From the IMG/VR virus record IMGVR_UViG_3300028585_000002, positions 15,337 through 79,336 of that record: a DNA stretch of 64,000 nucleotides, one strand, 5' to 3'. The notes below the pieces were generated by a model that saw nothing but the letters and a program-made list of their open reading frames with translations, was not told where the DNA came from and did no database searches. The translations under genes were made by a program, and so were the position numbers. Positions 28,102 to 37,228 of this stretch are shown here, piece after piece. Within the stretch, counting starts at the first letter, position 1; each line of letters begins with the position of its first letter. This stretch comes from a virus (Duplodnaviria; Heunggongvirae; Uroviricota; Caudoviricetes).

Positions 28102-28730
28102 TTGGACTGATCGGCGGACACCGCGTCGGGAAGACCTCCCTGGCGAAGGCGTACGCGGAGAAGAACGATGCCGTCTTCCTGGAGACTTCGGTCTCCGCGA
28201 TGTTCAAGGACATGGGCCGCGACCCGGCCGGCACGTTCGATTTCGCCACGCGCTTGGCCATCCAGGAGGAGATCCTGAAACGCCTGGATGCGGTGTATGC
28301 GGCACAGCCGGTCGATCAAGTCGTCATCACCGACCGCACGCCCATCGACCTGCTTGGCTACACGATGGCTGAAGCGATCGGCATGACGGTGTCGACGGCG
28401 CTGCAGGACCGATTCGATGCCTACGTGCGCGACTGCTTCCGGGTACTGAACAAGCGCTTCGCCACCGTGGTGCTGGTCCAGCCAGGGATCGCGCTGGTCG
28501 GCGCCGAAGGCAAGGCAGCGATCAACAAGGCCTACATCGAGCACCTGAACAGCCTCATGTTCGGCTTGATGATGGACGAGCGGACCCGGCCGGCCCACTA
28601 CTACATCCGGCGCACCATGCTGGACTTCGACGACCGCATTGCGGCGCTGGAGAGCGCAGTAGGCAAGGCAGAGCGCTCGGCCCATGAAGCGGTCGGCGCC
28701 TACCTCTCGGCAGGTGGTCATATCCAGTAG
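28098..28730 (+). CDS. P-loop NTPase, putative (deoxy)nucleotide kinase
   Basis: Walker A GGHRVGKTS at the N-terminus; ~210 aa; Walker B-like VVITDRTPID. Confidence 0.4.
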   Translation: MIGLIGGHRVGKTSLAKAYAEKNDAVFLETSVSAMFKDMGRDPAGTFDFATRLAIQEEILKRLDAVYAAQPVDQVVITDRTPIDLLGYTMAEAIGMTVSTALQDRFDAYVRDCFRVLNKRFATVVLVQPGIALVGAEGKAAINKAYIEHLNSLMFGLMMDERTRPAHYYIRRTMLDFDDRIAALESAVGKAERSAHEAVGAYLSAGGHIQ

Positions 28731-28742
28731 GATTCGTCAGGC

Positions 28743-28766
28743 TAAGTCACCGGTGACTTGTAAGTC
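28743..28766 (+). promoter_or_regulatory. Palindrome TAAGTCACcggTGACTTGTAAGTC
   Basis: Read directly from the sequence. Confidence 0.4.
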
Positions 28767-28828
28767 CTGATTTTTCCCGTTAAGATGATTCTTATCGGTA
28801 ACGCGCAAAGTCGCGCAAGGAATAACAA

Positions 28829-29023
28829 ATGTCACATACGCAAATCGCACTCTCCATCTGGGGCGCGCTGGGCGCTGCCGTCGTGCTGTGCTTAATCGCA
28901 ACGCTGGGCCAATTGTTCGGGCACAGGAATGTGCTCGGCGCGCTGCTTGGCGTGGTCGTGATGTGGGGCGGCGGAATTAGTCTGGTCCTCTACACCCTCT
29001 GGGCAATCTTTGGTGGGCACTGA
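28829..29023 (+). CDS. small membrane protein (two TM helices)
   Basis: Hydrophobic segments LSIWGALGAAVVLCLIATL and ALLGVVVMWGGGISLVLY. Confidence 0.4.
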   Translation: MSHTQIALSIWGALGAAVVLCLIATLGQLFGHRNVLGALLGVVVMWGGGISLVLYTLWAIFGGH

Positions 29024-29025
29024 CC

Positions 29026-29457
29026 ATGAGCGCGCCTGAAGTCCCAATTCTGCAAGACGAGATCAACCGCAAGGCGTTCGAAACCGTCGAATTCCTCTAC
29101 AACGGGCTGGACAACGGCAAGCTGACGGCACCGCAGTTCTCGACGGGTCTGGACGCGCTGTTCATGGCAGTCTCGGGCCTGGTCAACCGCGGCGTCATTG
29201 ACCTGATCACTGCCGGCAGCGACTACGTCCAGGAGCGAAAGGCCGAGCTGATCGCCAAGCGCGCGCTGTACGGCGCCGACGGCACGGTCGTGGTGCTGAC
29301 CCGCCAGCTGGGCAGCGACACCTTCCTAGTCGAGATTTACCGCGCCGGCCGCCGCATCAAGCAAGAGGTCAAGGACTACACCCTGGCCAAGCAGGCGACG
29401 GACGCCATGAACATCATGACGGACAAGCTGCTCGCCGCCGGCTACGCTGAACTGTAG
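29026..29457 (+). CDS. hypothetical protein
   Basis: ORF-track ORF abutting the upstream stop. Confidence 0.4.
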   Translation: MSAPEVPILQDEINRKAFETVEFLYNGLDNGKLTAPQFSTGLDALFMAVSGLVNRGVIDLITAGSDYVQERKAELIAKRALYGADGTVVVLTRQLGSDTFLVEIYRAGRRIKQEVKDYTLAKQATDAMNIMTDKLLAAGYAEL

Positions 29458-29463
29458 GGCGCC

Positions 29464-29892
29464 ATGAGACCCGCAACCTCTACCGCCGCCAACAACTCGC
29501 TGGACCTGAACGAGCTGGAGCAGCTGGTGCTGGACGTGATCGAAGGGGCCGGTGCCACCGGCTGCATATCGGACGAGATTCGGGGCGCCTACCCGGACCT
29601 GTCCTACTCGTCGATTACGGCCCGTTTCGCGGCCCTGGAGAAGAAGGGCGCTATCTACCGGGCGGGAGATACCCGATCTGGCAAGTCGGGCAGGAAGCAG
29701 CTGGTCATGCGCATGGCGTCGTTCTCGACCGCCGTGCCCAGGATCAAGCCACCGCCGGCGCCGAAGAAGAAGCGCAGCGGCTTTCTCAAGGGCCTCATGT
29801 ATGCAACCAGGATCGTCCTGAACGAGCCGGACCTGCATTCCGCGAAGAAGGCCCTGCGCAAGGAGATCGTGAAAGCCGCAGGGAAAACATAG
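29464..29892 (+). CDS. putative winged-helix DNA-binding protein
   Basis: LEQLVLDVIEGAGATGCISDEIRGAYPDL...ARFAALEKKGAIYRAG resembles a MarR/wHTH fold; basic C-terminal tail. Confidence 0.3.
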   Translation: MRPATSTAANNSLDLNELEQLVLDVIEGAGATGCISDEIRGAYPDLSYSSITARFAALEKKGAIYRAGDTRSGKSGRKQLVMRMASFSTAVPRIKPPPAPKKKRSGFLKGLMYATRIVLNEPDLHSAKKALRKEIVKAAGKT

Positions 29893-29932
29893 ATAAGTCC
29901 GCAAATATAAGTTTCGAACGCAGTATAATTAG

Positions 29933-29949
29933 TAAGTCATCGGTGACTT
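29933..29949 (+). promoter_or_regulatory. Palindrome TAAGTCATcggTGACTT preceded by TATAAT (29925-29930) and a partial copy ATAAGTCC at 29893
   Basis: Read directly from the sequence. Confidence 0.4.
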
Positions 29950-29973
29950 TAGCCGAATAACCTGGAGAAGATA

Positions 29974-30276
29974 ATGAGCACTGAAAGCAACGCCGTCGTG
30001 TACAACCCGAACCACCTGCTGGACATCCTGCTGTCCAAGATGCAGCTCAAGAACGACGCGGCACTGTCGCGCATGCTGGAAGTGGCACCGCCTGTCATCA
30101 GCAAGATCCGTCACAACCGCCTGCCGGTCGGAGCTTCAATGCTGATCCGCATGCATGAATGCACCGGCATGAGCATTCGTGACCTGCGCGACCTGATGGG
30201 CGACCGCCGCACCAAGTACCGCCTGTCGAACGCACAGGGCAACCCAGCCAAGACCTCGGGCGCGGCGCATGTCTGA
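29974..30276 (+). CDS. small HTH DNA-binding protein (phage CI/Cro/CII-like regulator)
   Basis: HTH NDAALSRMLEVAPPVISKIRHNRLPV. Confidence 0.45.
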   Translation: MSTESNAVVYNPNHLLDILLSKMQLKNDAALSRMLEVAPPVISKIRHNRLPVGASMLIRMHECTGMSIRDLRDLMGDRRTKYRLSNAQGNPAKTSGAAHV

Positions 30277-30781
30277 TCGCGACATCTTCATCCCGCCGCT
30301 GGGTGCGAAGCTGGTCCTGGCCGAAGACTGGCACTTCGACCTGCCGGGCGACCATCGCAACAGCACGATGATGCGCCTGATGCACCCGAAGTCGCCGATG
30401 AACTACTTCGACAAGGCGGTCATCGAAGGCAACATGCTGGCGGCCGGCACCGAACTGACGGTGCGCACCATCGACATTCGCCAGGGGCAGCGTGGCCATG
30501 AGGTCATCGCCTTCTCGGTCAAGGTCGGCAAGAAGCCTGCGACGCGCTTCTTCGTGCGTCTGGACTGTGCGAACAAGATCGTGACCGTGCCGGCGCCGGT
30601 CAAGAGCAATGCCGCAGTCGCTGCGATCGCCTACGCCCTGGAGGTCTGCGACGATTCGCACGATGCACAGGACTTCCTGCGCTACTGGAACGAAGGCGAG
30701 TTCGATGTCCTTCGCCGCAACTGGGAGGACATCCCGGACGAGGTCTTCATCGGCGTCGACCCGCTTTTCAAGCCGAAATAA
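30269..30781 (+). CDS. hypothetical protein
   Basis: ORF-track ORF overlapping the upstream stop. Confidence 0.4.
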   Translation: MSDRDIFIPPLGAKLVLAEDWHFDLPGDHRNSTMMRLMHPKSPMNYFDKAVIEGNMLAAGTELTVRTIDIRQGQRGHEVIAFSVKVGKKPATRFFVRLDCANKIVTVPAPVKSNAAVAAIAYALEVCDDSHDAQDFLRYWNEGEFDVLRRNWEDIPDEVFIGVDPLFKPK

Positions 30782-30838
30782 GTTTTGCCACATTTGCAGT
30801 TTTACATTTTTACGACAACCCGCTATTAAGGAAGCACC

Positions 30839-31147
30839 ATGAAAGTCACGAAACACCAAGCTAAAGACGGTTCCCTGCACGACAACGCCAAGCTGTGCGA
30901 AGCGCACAACCGCAAGCTCAAACTGGCGCCGGCAATGGAGAAGTTCGTCAACGGCCTGGCCGCCGATGCACCGGGCCTGGGCAAGACCGACAGCGACCAT
31001 CCGGTGATCTACCTGGAAGACCTGCCGGCATTCCTGACCGCGCACGCCGACCTGCTGCAGGCTGCGATCGTCAACGCCACCATCGTGCGTAAGCCGCGCA
31101 AGGCCAAGACCGCGGCCGCCAACGACAGCCAGGCAGCTGCAGCGTAA
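30839..31147 (+). CDS. hypothetical protein
   Basis: RBS AAGGAAG before ATG. Confidence 0.4.
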   Translation: MKVTKHQAKDGSLHDNAKLCEAHNRKLKLAPAMEKFVNGLAADAPGLGKTDSDHPVIYLEDLPAFLTAHADLLQAAIVNATIVRKPRKAKTAAANDSQAAAA

Positions 31148-31320
31148 TGGCCCGGCAGAGCGACGGCGGCAAAGGCAGCGATCGCCGCCGCGAGGACGGC
31201 GACGCCTACCGCCAGAACCACGACCTGATCGACTGGACCAAGAAGCCTGCCCAGCCGCCCAAGCCCGTCCCGGTTCCGACCCAGCGCTGGCCGTTCGGTG
31301 TCTATAGCCAAGACGAATAA
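31147..31320 (+). CDS. small hypothetical protein (57 aa, below ORF-track cutoff)
   Basis: TAATG overlap with the upstream stop; high GC3; followed by a hairpin. Confidence 0.25.
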   Translation: MARQSDGGKGSDRRREDGDAYRQNHDLIDWTKKPAQPPKPVPVPTQRWPFGVYSQDE

Positions 31321-31328
31321 ATCCATCG

Positions 31329-31356
31329 CATACGGTTGTCTCCAAGCAACCGTATG
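31329..31356 (+). terminator. Hairpin CATACGGTTGtctccaagCAACCGTATG (10-bp perfect stem)
   Basis: Read directly; lacks a U-tract; followed by motif copy CAGTCACtaaTGAGTT at 31360-31375. Confidence 0.4.
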
Positions 31357-31385
31357 ATTCAGTCACTAATGAGTTAGGAGAGCAA

Positions 31386-31586
31386 ATGGCGCTATTTCGT
31401 GTCGCAATCTTACTGCTGATCCTGTTTCTGATCGCCCTGGCGTTCGTATGGGCAGTGAGCAGCACGCCGTTCTTCAACAAGGACCGGCTCATGAAGATTC
31501 TCAAGTGGGCCGCGATCGGAGCCGCAGCCCTGGCGCTGACCTGCATCGTGTTCGCCATGATCTTTTCGTTTGACCACGCCGTATAA
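31386..31586 (+). CDS. small membrane protein (two TM helices)
   Basis: VAILLLILFLIALAFVWAV and AAIGAAALALTCIVFAMIF. Confidence 0.45.
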   Translation: MALFRVAILLLILFLIALAFVWAVSSTPFFNKDRLMKILKWAAIGAAALALTCIVFAMIFSFDHAV

Positions 31587-31613
31587 CCACAACCCCTGAA
31601 AGGAAGCACCACT

Positions 31614-32417
31614 ATGAACAAATCCAAACGCATTCTCTCCGCACTGCTGTTCGCCGCTGCCGCCATCGGCCTGACCGGCTGCTACGGCACCATCGAGACA
31701 GGCAATGCCGGTCTGCGCACCAACTTCAACGGCACCACGGACCAAAAGGTCGAGTCGGAAGGCTTCTACACCAGCCTCACCGGCCACGTCGACCAGTACA
31801 CCCTGAAGGAAGTCGGCGTCGATCTGCCGAACCTGCAGCCGAAGGCGAAGGACAATCTGTCCCTGCGTGACCTGGACGTGTCGATCTTCTACCGGGTGAA
31901 CAGCCCGGAAGCGCTGCGCGGCCTGGCCACCAAGTACACCGGGCAGTCGGTGCAGCCGAAAGACTCGCATGTCTACTTCCCGGCGTACCGCCTGGTTGAA
32001 TCGCTCGGCAAGAGTGAGGCCGCGAACGCCGTCTCCAAGCACGACAGTCTGACCATCCACACCCAGCGCAACATGCTGGAGTCGGAGATCCAGGAGGGCC
32101 TGCAGAAGACGCTGAATGCATCCGACCCGAACTCCTTCACCGTCACCAAGGTCGTCGTCCGCCAGATTCTGACCGACCCGACTGTCGAGCAGTCGATCCG
32201 CAACGTCGTCGCCAAGGGCAAGGAACTGGAAGCTGCCACGCTGCAGGTCCAGGTGGCCGAGAAGAACGCCGAAGCCGTCGCCATGACCGCGAACACGCTG
32301 ACCCCGGCCTTCCTGCAGCATGAATACAACCAGGCGCTGCTCAAATTCGCCGAGAAGGGTGGCACCGTGATCCTTGACGGCTCGTCGAGCGGCAAGATCA
32401 TCAACGTGGGTCGCTAA
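31614..32417 (+). CDS. lipoprotein (signal peptide + lipobox LTGC), function unknown
   Basis: MNKSKRILSALLFAAAAIGLTGC lipoprotein signal. Confidence 0.5.
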   Translation: MNKSKRILSALLFAAAAIGLTGCYGTIETGNAGLRTNFNGTTDQKVESEGFYTSLTGHVDQYTLKEVGVDLPNLQPKAKDNLSLRDLDVSIFYRVNSPEALRGLATKYTGQSVQPKDSHVYFPAYRLVESLGKSEAANAVSKHDSLTIHTQRNMLESEIQEGLQKTLNASDPNSFTVTKVVVRQILTDPTVEQSIRNVVAKGKELEAATLQVQVAEKNAEAVAMTANTLTPAFLQHEYNQALLKFAEKGGTVILDGSSSGKIINVGR

Positions 32418-32439
32418 TCCTGGGTTGAGTCTTTACCAT

Positions 32440-32467
32440 ACACATAAGTCATTCGTGACTTGTGTGT
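32440..32467 (+). promoter_or_regulatory. Extended palindrome ACACATAAGTCAttcGTGACTTGTGTGT
   Basis: 12-bp near-perfect arms, upstream of the exonuclease gene. Confidence 0.45.
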
Positions 32468-32495
32468 ATCAGTAAGGGTTTAACAGGAGAGCATC

Positions 32496-33062
32496 ATGAG
32501 TTTCTTAATCAACGGTATCGACACCGAAACCACCGGCGTAGACCAGGCGAAGGGCGACCGCATCATCGAGGTCGCGATCCTCACCTTCGACTTCGCCACC
32601 CGCAAGCTGGTTGACAAATACGTCCAGCGCATCGACCCCGAGCGCCCGATCGCCGCTGCGGCCCAGGCAGTTCACGGCATCGCCTACAACGATTTGGTGG
32701 GCATGCCGAAGTGGGATGCGGTGGCGCCGGAAGTGTCCCGCCGCTTGAGCATGGCCCCGGTCGCGGTGGCTCACAACATGAACTTCGACGGCCCGTTCAT
32801 CGCCGGCGAGCTGGCCCGCCTGGGTCTCGCAGTCCCGAACATCGAGCCGTTCTGCACGATGGAGAACGGGCGCTGGGCAACCTTCGACGGCAAGTCGCCC
32901 AAGCTCGGCGAGCTGTGCTTCGCGCTGGGCGTGCCCTACGACAAGTCCAAAGCCCACGCTGCTGACTACGACGTGATCGTGATGATGGCGTGCTTGTTCA
33001 AAGCGATCGACCGCGGCTTCTACAAGCTGCCCGAGATCGAGCTGGCGCGCGCAGCAGCATGA
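32496..33062 (+). CDS. DnaQ-like 3'-5' exonuclease (DEDDh; Pol III epsilon-like proofreading subunit)
   Basis: Exo I GIDTETTG, Exo II HNMNFD, Exo III HAADYDV. Confidence 0.8.
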   Translation: MSFLINGIDTETTGVDQAKGDRIIEVAILTFDFATRKLVDKYVQRIDPERPIAAAAQAVHGIAYNDLVGMPKWDAVAPEVSRRLSMAPVAVAHNMNFDGPFIAGELARLGLAVPNIEPFCTMENGRWATFDGKSPKLGELCFALGVPYDKSKAHAADYDVIVMMACLFKAIDRGFYKLPEIELARAAA

Positions 33063-33361
33063 GCGCCGACGACACCGAACTGATGGCCCGCCGGGGCCGC
33101 TACCTCACCGAGTTCGCCACGCGCATCGGTTGGGACAAGGACGGCGCCGAGGGAGCCTTCGAATACGTCCAGCGCGCCAGCTACGCGCAGGGCCTGGAAG
33201 ACGCAGCGAAGGCAGGCTGGAAGGAGGCGGCGATCGCCTGGCGCGTGTGCGGGAGCATCCACCTGCAGTACGCCAGGGGCAAGGACGCGCTGTTCACGAC
33301 CAGGCAGGCCGACTACCAGCGGCACTACGACAAGGCCATCGGGAAGCTCGGCGATGGATGA
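33059..33361 (+). CDS. hypothetical protein
   Basis: ATGA overlap with the exonuclease stop. Confidence 0.4.
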   Translation: MSADDTELMARRGRYLTEFATRIGWDKDGAEGAFEYVQRASYAQGLEDAAKAGWKEAAIAWRVCGSIHLQYARGKDALFTTRQADYQRHYDKAIGKLGDG

Positions 33362-33575
33362 CTGGACCAATAAGGGCGTGCCGAAGGTGGGAGTCCACCG
33401 CACAGCCAGTCACTACTCGCAATTGGATTTACCCAAGCCGCTCTATCAGCACTGGAACGGCCGGCACTGGGGTCAGGTAGGTCTGACCATCGACGAAGCC
33501 CTTGGCTTCGCGGACATGAAAACATCATTTAGCCCGCTGGCGTGGCGGGCACCACAAGGAGAACTCTGCACATGA
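33354..33575 (+). CDS. hypothetical protein
   Basis: ORF-track ORF. Confidence 0.3.
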   Translation: MDDWTNKGVPKVGVHRTASHYSQLDLPKPLYQHWNGRHWGQVGLTIDEALGFADMKTSFSPLAWRAPQGELCT

Positions 33576-33895
33576 AGGGCGAACGCTTCCGCGACACATT
33601 CGCTGGCAAGGGATCGGCGCTGCACGACGCGCTGATCAACAACGACGGCCGCGCCGCAACGCGCATCTACAACGAAACCACGGCGCGCTTCGACGCGCTG
33701 TACCCAGGCGCGAAGGACGACCGCCGCTGGTTCGAAAACTGGAACGAGGCCGACGACCTGGCCAAGCTGAAGGTGGCGGGCCTGATCGAGATCACTGCCG
33801 CTGACGCTGCCATGCTGGTCGACCTGCAGGAGAACCCGCGGGCGCCGAACGAAGCGATGCAGCGCGCCTTCAAGCGCTTCCAGGAGCGCGCATGA
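33572..33895 (+). CDS. hypothetical protein
   Basis: Start overlaps the upstream stop. Confidence 0.4.
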   Translation: MKGERFRDTFAGKGSALHDALINNDGRAATRIYNETTARFDALYPGAKDDRRWFENWNEADDLAKLKVAGLIEITAADAAMLVDLQENPRAPNEAMQRAFKRFQERA

Positions 33896-34407
33896 ATGCT
33901 GCGTTCAAGGCTGCCGCTGATTTCTATGGCGATCGCCGCGCGCGGCGCAGCCAGGTTCTTCTCCTGGACCATATCGTGGAAGGGCTGACCGTTCTCGACA
34001 CCATCAAGGCGACCCAGGCGGCGAAGGATGCGTTCTGCCTGCACCCGCTGTTCCAGGGTGACGCCGACCTTGTCGCGAACATGGGCCGCCTGGCCGAATT
34101 CAGCCCGACGGTGGCTGCGCTGGTGATGGAGTACCGGTCTCAGGCCAATTCTGCACTGTCCGACCGCGTCGTCTTGCAGCGTGGCCAGCCGGTATGGATC
34201 GGCGCACCCGCGACACCCGGCCCGCTGCCGGAGGTGCGCGACATGCTCATTGCCGACAAGGTGCAGAACTACGCCGACTTCCTGATCTATCACGCTGACA
34301 CGCACCCGCGCAGCGCCGAACTCGACTTTTACTTCAAACACTGGCTGACGCAACTGCACATCGGCCGCAACAAGTACGCCAATCTGGTTGAAAGGATGAA
34401 AGCATGA
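33892..34407 (+). CDS. hypothetical protein
   Basis: ATGA overlaps at both ends. Confidence 0.4.
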   Translation: MNAAFKAAADFYGDRRARRSQVLLLDHIVEGLTVLDTIKATQAAKDAFCLHPLFQGDADLVANMGRLAEFSPTVAALVMEYRSQANSALSDRVVLQRGQPVWIGAPATPGPLPEVRDMLIADKVQNYADFLIYHADTHPRSAELDFYFKHWLTQLHIGRNKYANLVERMKA

Positions 34408-34841
34408 CCTGTACGTGTCCATACTGCAGCAAGCCGGCCAAGCTCGTCACCGGCAAGACGATCTACCCGCACCGGCCCGACCTGCACGACAAGAAGTTCT
34501 GGCACTGTGCGCCATGCCAGGCCTATGTGGGCTGCCACCGCACCGGCAATGGTGAGGCCCCGCTGGGCCGCCTGGCCAACGCCGAGCTGCGCATGTGGAA
34601 GATGCGCGCGCACGAAGCCTTTGACCCGCTCTGGAAGGAGCTGGTGGAGAAGGAGATCGAGGTCCGCGGTGGCCAGACCCCGAAAGGCATCAAGCAGCGG
34701 CACCGTACCGACGCCTACAAGAACCTCGCCCAGGATCTCGGCATCGCGCTCGAGGACTGCCACATCGGCATGTTCGACGTGGCGACGTGCCAGCGCGTGG
34801 TCGCAATCTGCAACTCCTGGACTGGCGGAATTCCAGCATGA
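34404..34841 (+). CDS. zinc-ribbon protein (CPYC...C-x2-C...C)
   Basis: MTCTCPYCSKPAKL...FWHCAPCQAYVGCH. Confidence 0.45.
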   Translation: MTCTCPYCSKPAKLVTGKTIYPHRPDLHDKKFWHCAPCQAYVGCHRTGNGEAPLGRLANAELRMWKMRAHEAFDPLWKELVEKEIEVRGGQTPKGIKQRHRTDAYKNLAQDLGIALEDCHIGMFDVATCQRVVAICNSWTGGIPA

Positions 34842-35167
34842 CGCGCGTGAGCATCCCCGACTACGTCGCCGGCTGCGACGAGGACCAGCTGGCCAACCTG
34901 ATCAGCAAGGCCAATGCGCGCCTCGAGGAGATCAAGAAGACCGGCTGGGTGCGCCTGTGGACCCTCAACGTCAGCTGGGCCAACGTCGCCTGGTTCGCGG
35001 AGGACGACTACCAGGCAGCGGTCGAGCACTTGTGCAACATGGCGCGCGAAGTCGGCGCCAAGCATCCCGGCAAGGGCATCGAAATTGAAATGAGCCTGGA
35101 GCGCTACCGGCCCGACGAGGTCGAGCGCCTGCTGTCCCACACCCCAAAGAAGGAAAAGAAATCATGA
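34838..35167 (+). CDS. hypothetical protein
   Basis: ATGA overlap. Confidence 0.4.
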   Translation: MTRVSIPDYVAGCDEDQLANLISKANARLEEIKKTGWVRLWTLNVSWANVAWFAEDDYQAAVEHLCNMAREVGAKHPGKGIEIEMSLERYRPDEVERLLSHTPKKEKKS

Positions 35168-35457
35168 GCCAAGACCTGATCAAGCGCCTGCGTGCGCGTC
35201 CCTGCGAGAACATCGGCCCGCCGGCGATCGAGCTGGAGGCGGCCGACCGCATCGAGACCCTGATGGCCGGCCAGGCGCAGCTCGCCGGCTACGACCTGGC
35301 CAAGCTGAAGGCCCTGGCCCAGGCGGCAGAGACCGGCGGGCAGCACATCTTCACGAACCCGCGCGACTCCAACGCCTGGCAGGCCAACGACGCATGGCAC
35401 CAAGCGGCGACGCCGGAGCTTTTCCTGGCCTTGTTCAACGCGATCGGCGCGCGCTAG
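35164..35457 (+). CDS. hypothetical protein
   Basis: ATGA overlap. Confidence 0.4.
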   Translation: MSQDLIKRLRARPCENIGPPAIELEAADRIETLMAGQAQLAGYDLAKLKALAQAAETGGQHIFTNPRDSNAWQANDAWHQAATPELFLALFNAIGAR

Positions 35458-35548
35458 GCCCGCGTAGAGGCGGGGCGCAGTCCTGACCCCCTCGCCAAGA
35501 ACCAGTCGCGATAATGCAGTCTCTTAACCACGAACGGGAGTAACCAAA

Positions 35549-35758
35549 ATGCAACAAGCACAGACCATCACCGCAGCCACCATCACCGACCCGACCTTCG
35601 CATACGTGACGGCCGCCTCGACCGACGTGACCCGCACCTTCAAGAAGCACGGCTGGACGACCCCTGATCGCACCAAGCAGCGCGCAATGAAGCGCCTGCT
35701 GAACCAGCTCGACAACATCGACGACCTGGATGCGCAGCTGAATTCGGCACGCCTGTAA
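35549..35758 (+). CDS. hypothetical protein
   Basis: RBS GGGAGtaaccaaaATG. Confidence 0.35.
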   Translation: MQQAQTITAATITDPTFAYVTAASTDVTRTFKKHGWTTPDRTKQRAMKRLLNQLDNIDDLDAQLNSARL

Positions 35759-35760
35759 GC

Positions 35761-35785
35761 ATAAGTCACGAGTGAACTATAATGG
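35761..35785 (+). promoter_or_regulatory. Recurrent cassette ATAAGTCACgagTGAACTATAATGG
   Basis: TATAAT overlaps the annotated ATG of the next ORF. Confidence 0.5.
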
Positions 35786-36225
35786 CAAAAGTTCTATATC
35801 AGGACCGCGACGGCAAGCGGATCGACAACGCAGCCTACAACGTTCGCCGCGCCGATCCCGAGTATGTCGATGTGCGGGCCTACGACAACAATCAGGTGCG
35901 CGCCAAGGTCGAGTGGATCGGCCGGATCGTGGACCCGCAGGACCAGTTCCCGGACTACTACAAGCTGTTCCGAGTCGACGTGTGGAATTACACCGAGGGC
36001 GGCGAGCTGGCCAGGGATCCTGCCTACCCGCAGTTCTTCAATAACGAGGCGGCCGCCATCAAGGAATACGAGGCGTTCGTCGAGCGCTGGACCGAGGCCG
36101 AGCGCATGGCCGATGGCGAGCTGCTGGAGCACGGCAACACGCTGTTGCCACCGCCGCCGCCCAACCCTGACGCGCCGGCATCGGCCCCGATGGATGACGA
36201 CGTTGCGGGGGTAGGAGCATGGTGA
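35782..36225 (+). CDS. hypothetical protein (start ambiguous: ATG lies inside the TATAAT element)
   Basis: ORF-track ORF with high GC3; no RBS. Confidence 0.4.
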   Translation: MAKVLYQDRDGKRIDNAAYNVRRADPEYVDVRAYDNNQVRAKVEWIGRIVDPQDQFPDYYKLFRVDVWNYTEGGELARDPAYPQFFNNEAAAIKEYEAFVERWTEAERMADGELLEHGNTLLPPPPPNPDAPASAPMDDDVAGVGAW

Positions 36226-36279
36226 TACGCGGCATGGCACACCGGACAATCGCCGAGCGCGAGAAAGAAGAGGCATTGC

Positions 36280-36501
36280 ATGGCTAAAAGGAACCGCTAC
36301 TCGGCGTCGGACAAGATCAATGAGATCGTCCGCGCGCTGATCAAGGCAGGGTGGGAGCTGATCCGCCACAAGCGGCACCCGCGGTTGCGCTCCCCGGACG
36401 GGAAGACCCACCTGACAGTCCCGTTCACGCCGAGCGACCACCGTGCGGAGCTGAACTGGATCAGCCAGATACGCCTCCAGGGCGTTGTGGTGCCAGCATG
36501 A
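36280..36501 (+). CDS. HicA-like toxin (YcfA family mRNA interferase)
   Basis: LIKAGWELIRHKRHPRLRSPDGKTHLTVPF parallels HicA GW..vrq.GSHh.f.hp..g.vtvP. Confidence 0.5.
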   Translation: MAKRNRYSASDKINEIVRALIKAGWELIRHKRHPRLRSPDGKTHLTVPFTPSDHRAELNWISQIRLQGVVVPA

Positions 36502-36728
36502 GCATAGAGGAGGACAGAGTCCCTGTGCGCGTCCTCGAGGCGACTGGGCAGGCCCGCAACTGGGCCTACGCCCTATGGGTCTGCAACGGCTACAACCCCT
36601 GCGACAGCGTGTTCTGGGGCATCATGAAGTCCAAGCCGCCCAGCGATCGCGCCTGGGCCATCTGCAGCCCCTGGATCGTGGAGAAGTTGGGCGACATCGT
36701 TCTTGTTCCACGCAACTTTTGTAACTAA
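36498..36728 (+). CDS. hypothetical protein, possible cognate partner of HicA
   Basis: ATGA overlap with the hicA stop; no recognisable domain. Confidence 0.3.
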   Translation: MSIEEDRVPVRVLEATGQARNWAYALWVCNGYNPCDSVFWGIMKSKPPSDRAWAICSPWIVEKLGDIVLVPRNFCN

Positions 36729-36753
36729 CCAACCGGGACACCAGCACAAGGAA

Positions 36754-37062
36754 CTACTTGGCCGCCAGCACCTCCAGCAGCCAGGTCTGCGCCATGTACT
36801 TGTTGCTGACAGGATCGTGCTGCTGTCCCGTAACCGAAATGAACTCGTCCTTCATGTAAAGCACCTCGGCCCTGTACAGGTCAATCCGCTCCGACCCGTC
36901 GCTGGGAAAGAGGCTCGCCATCATTACGTGAGAATTGAGCGCTCTTGCCATCGCTTGTGCCAGGACGAACTTCCCCTCCACTACCTTCTCGCGCTCCAGG
37001 CCCTCTCGCCACTTCGGTAGAGGTCGGCCTTCCTCGTACATAAACTGAGCGAATACTTTCAT
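36754..37062 (-). CDS. hypothetical protein (minus-strand cargo operon)
   Basis: ORF-track ORF convergent with flanking plus-strand genes. Confidence 0.4.
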   Translation of the reverse strand: MKVFAQFMYEEGRPLPKWREGLEREKVVEGKFVLAQAMARALNSHVMMASLFPSDGSERIDLYRAEVLYMKDEFISVTGQQHDPVSNKYMAQTWLLEVLAAK

Positions 37063-37228
37063 GGTGGAAATGCTGTATAAAAATACAGTATAGCACCCCT
37101 GCAGACGCCTTTTGTGATGCTGGGATGGACTAGGAAGTCCGTTGGTTAGTTACCAATACATAGGGATGGCGATCCAGCGGCGTTTGACCGGCAGGTTTCG
37201 ACCCAAAGCAGTCGTTCGTGAATAGTTC

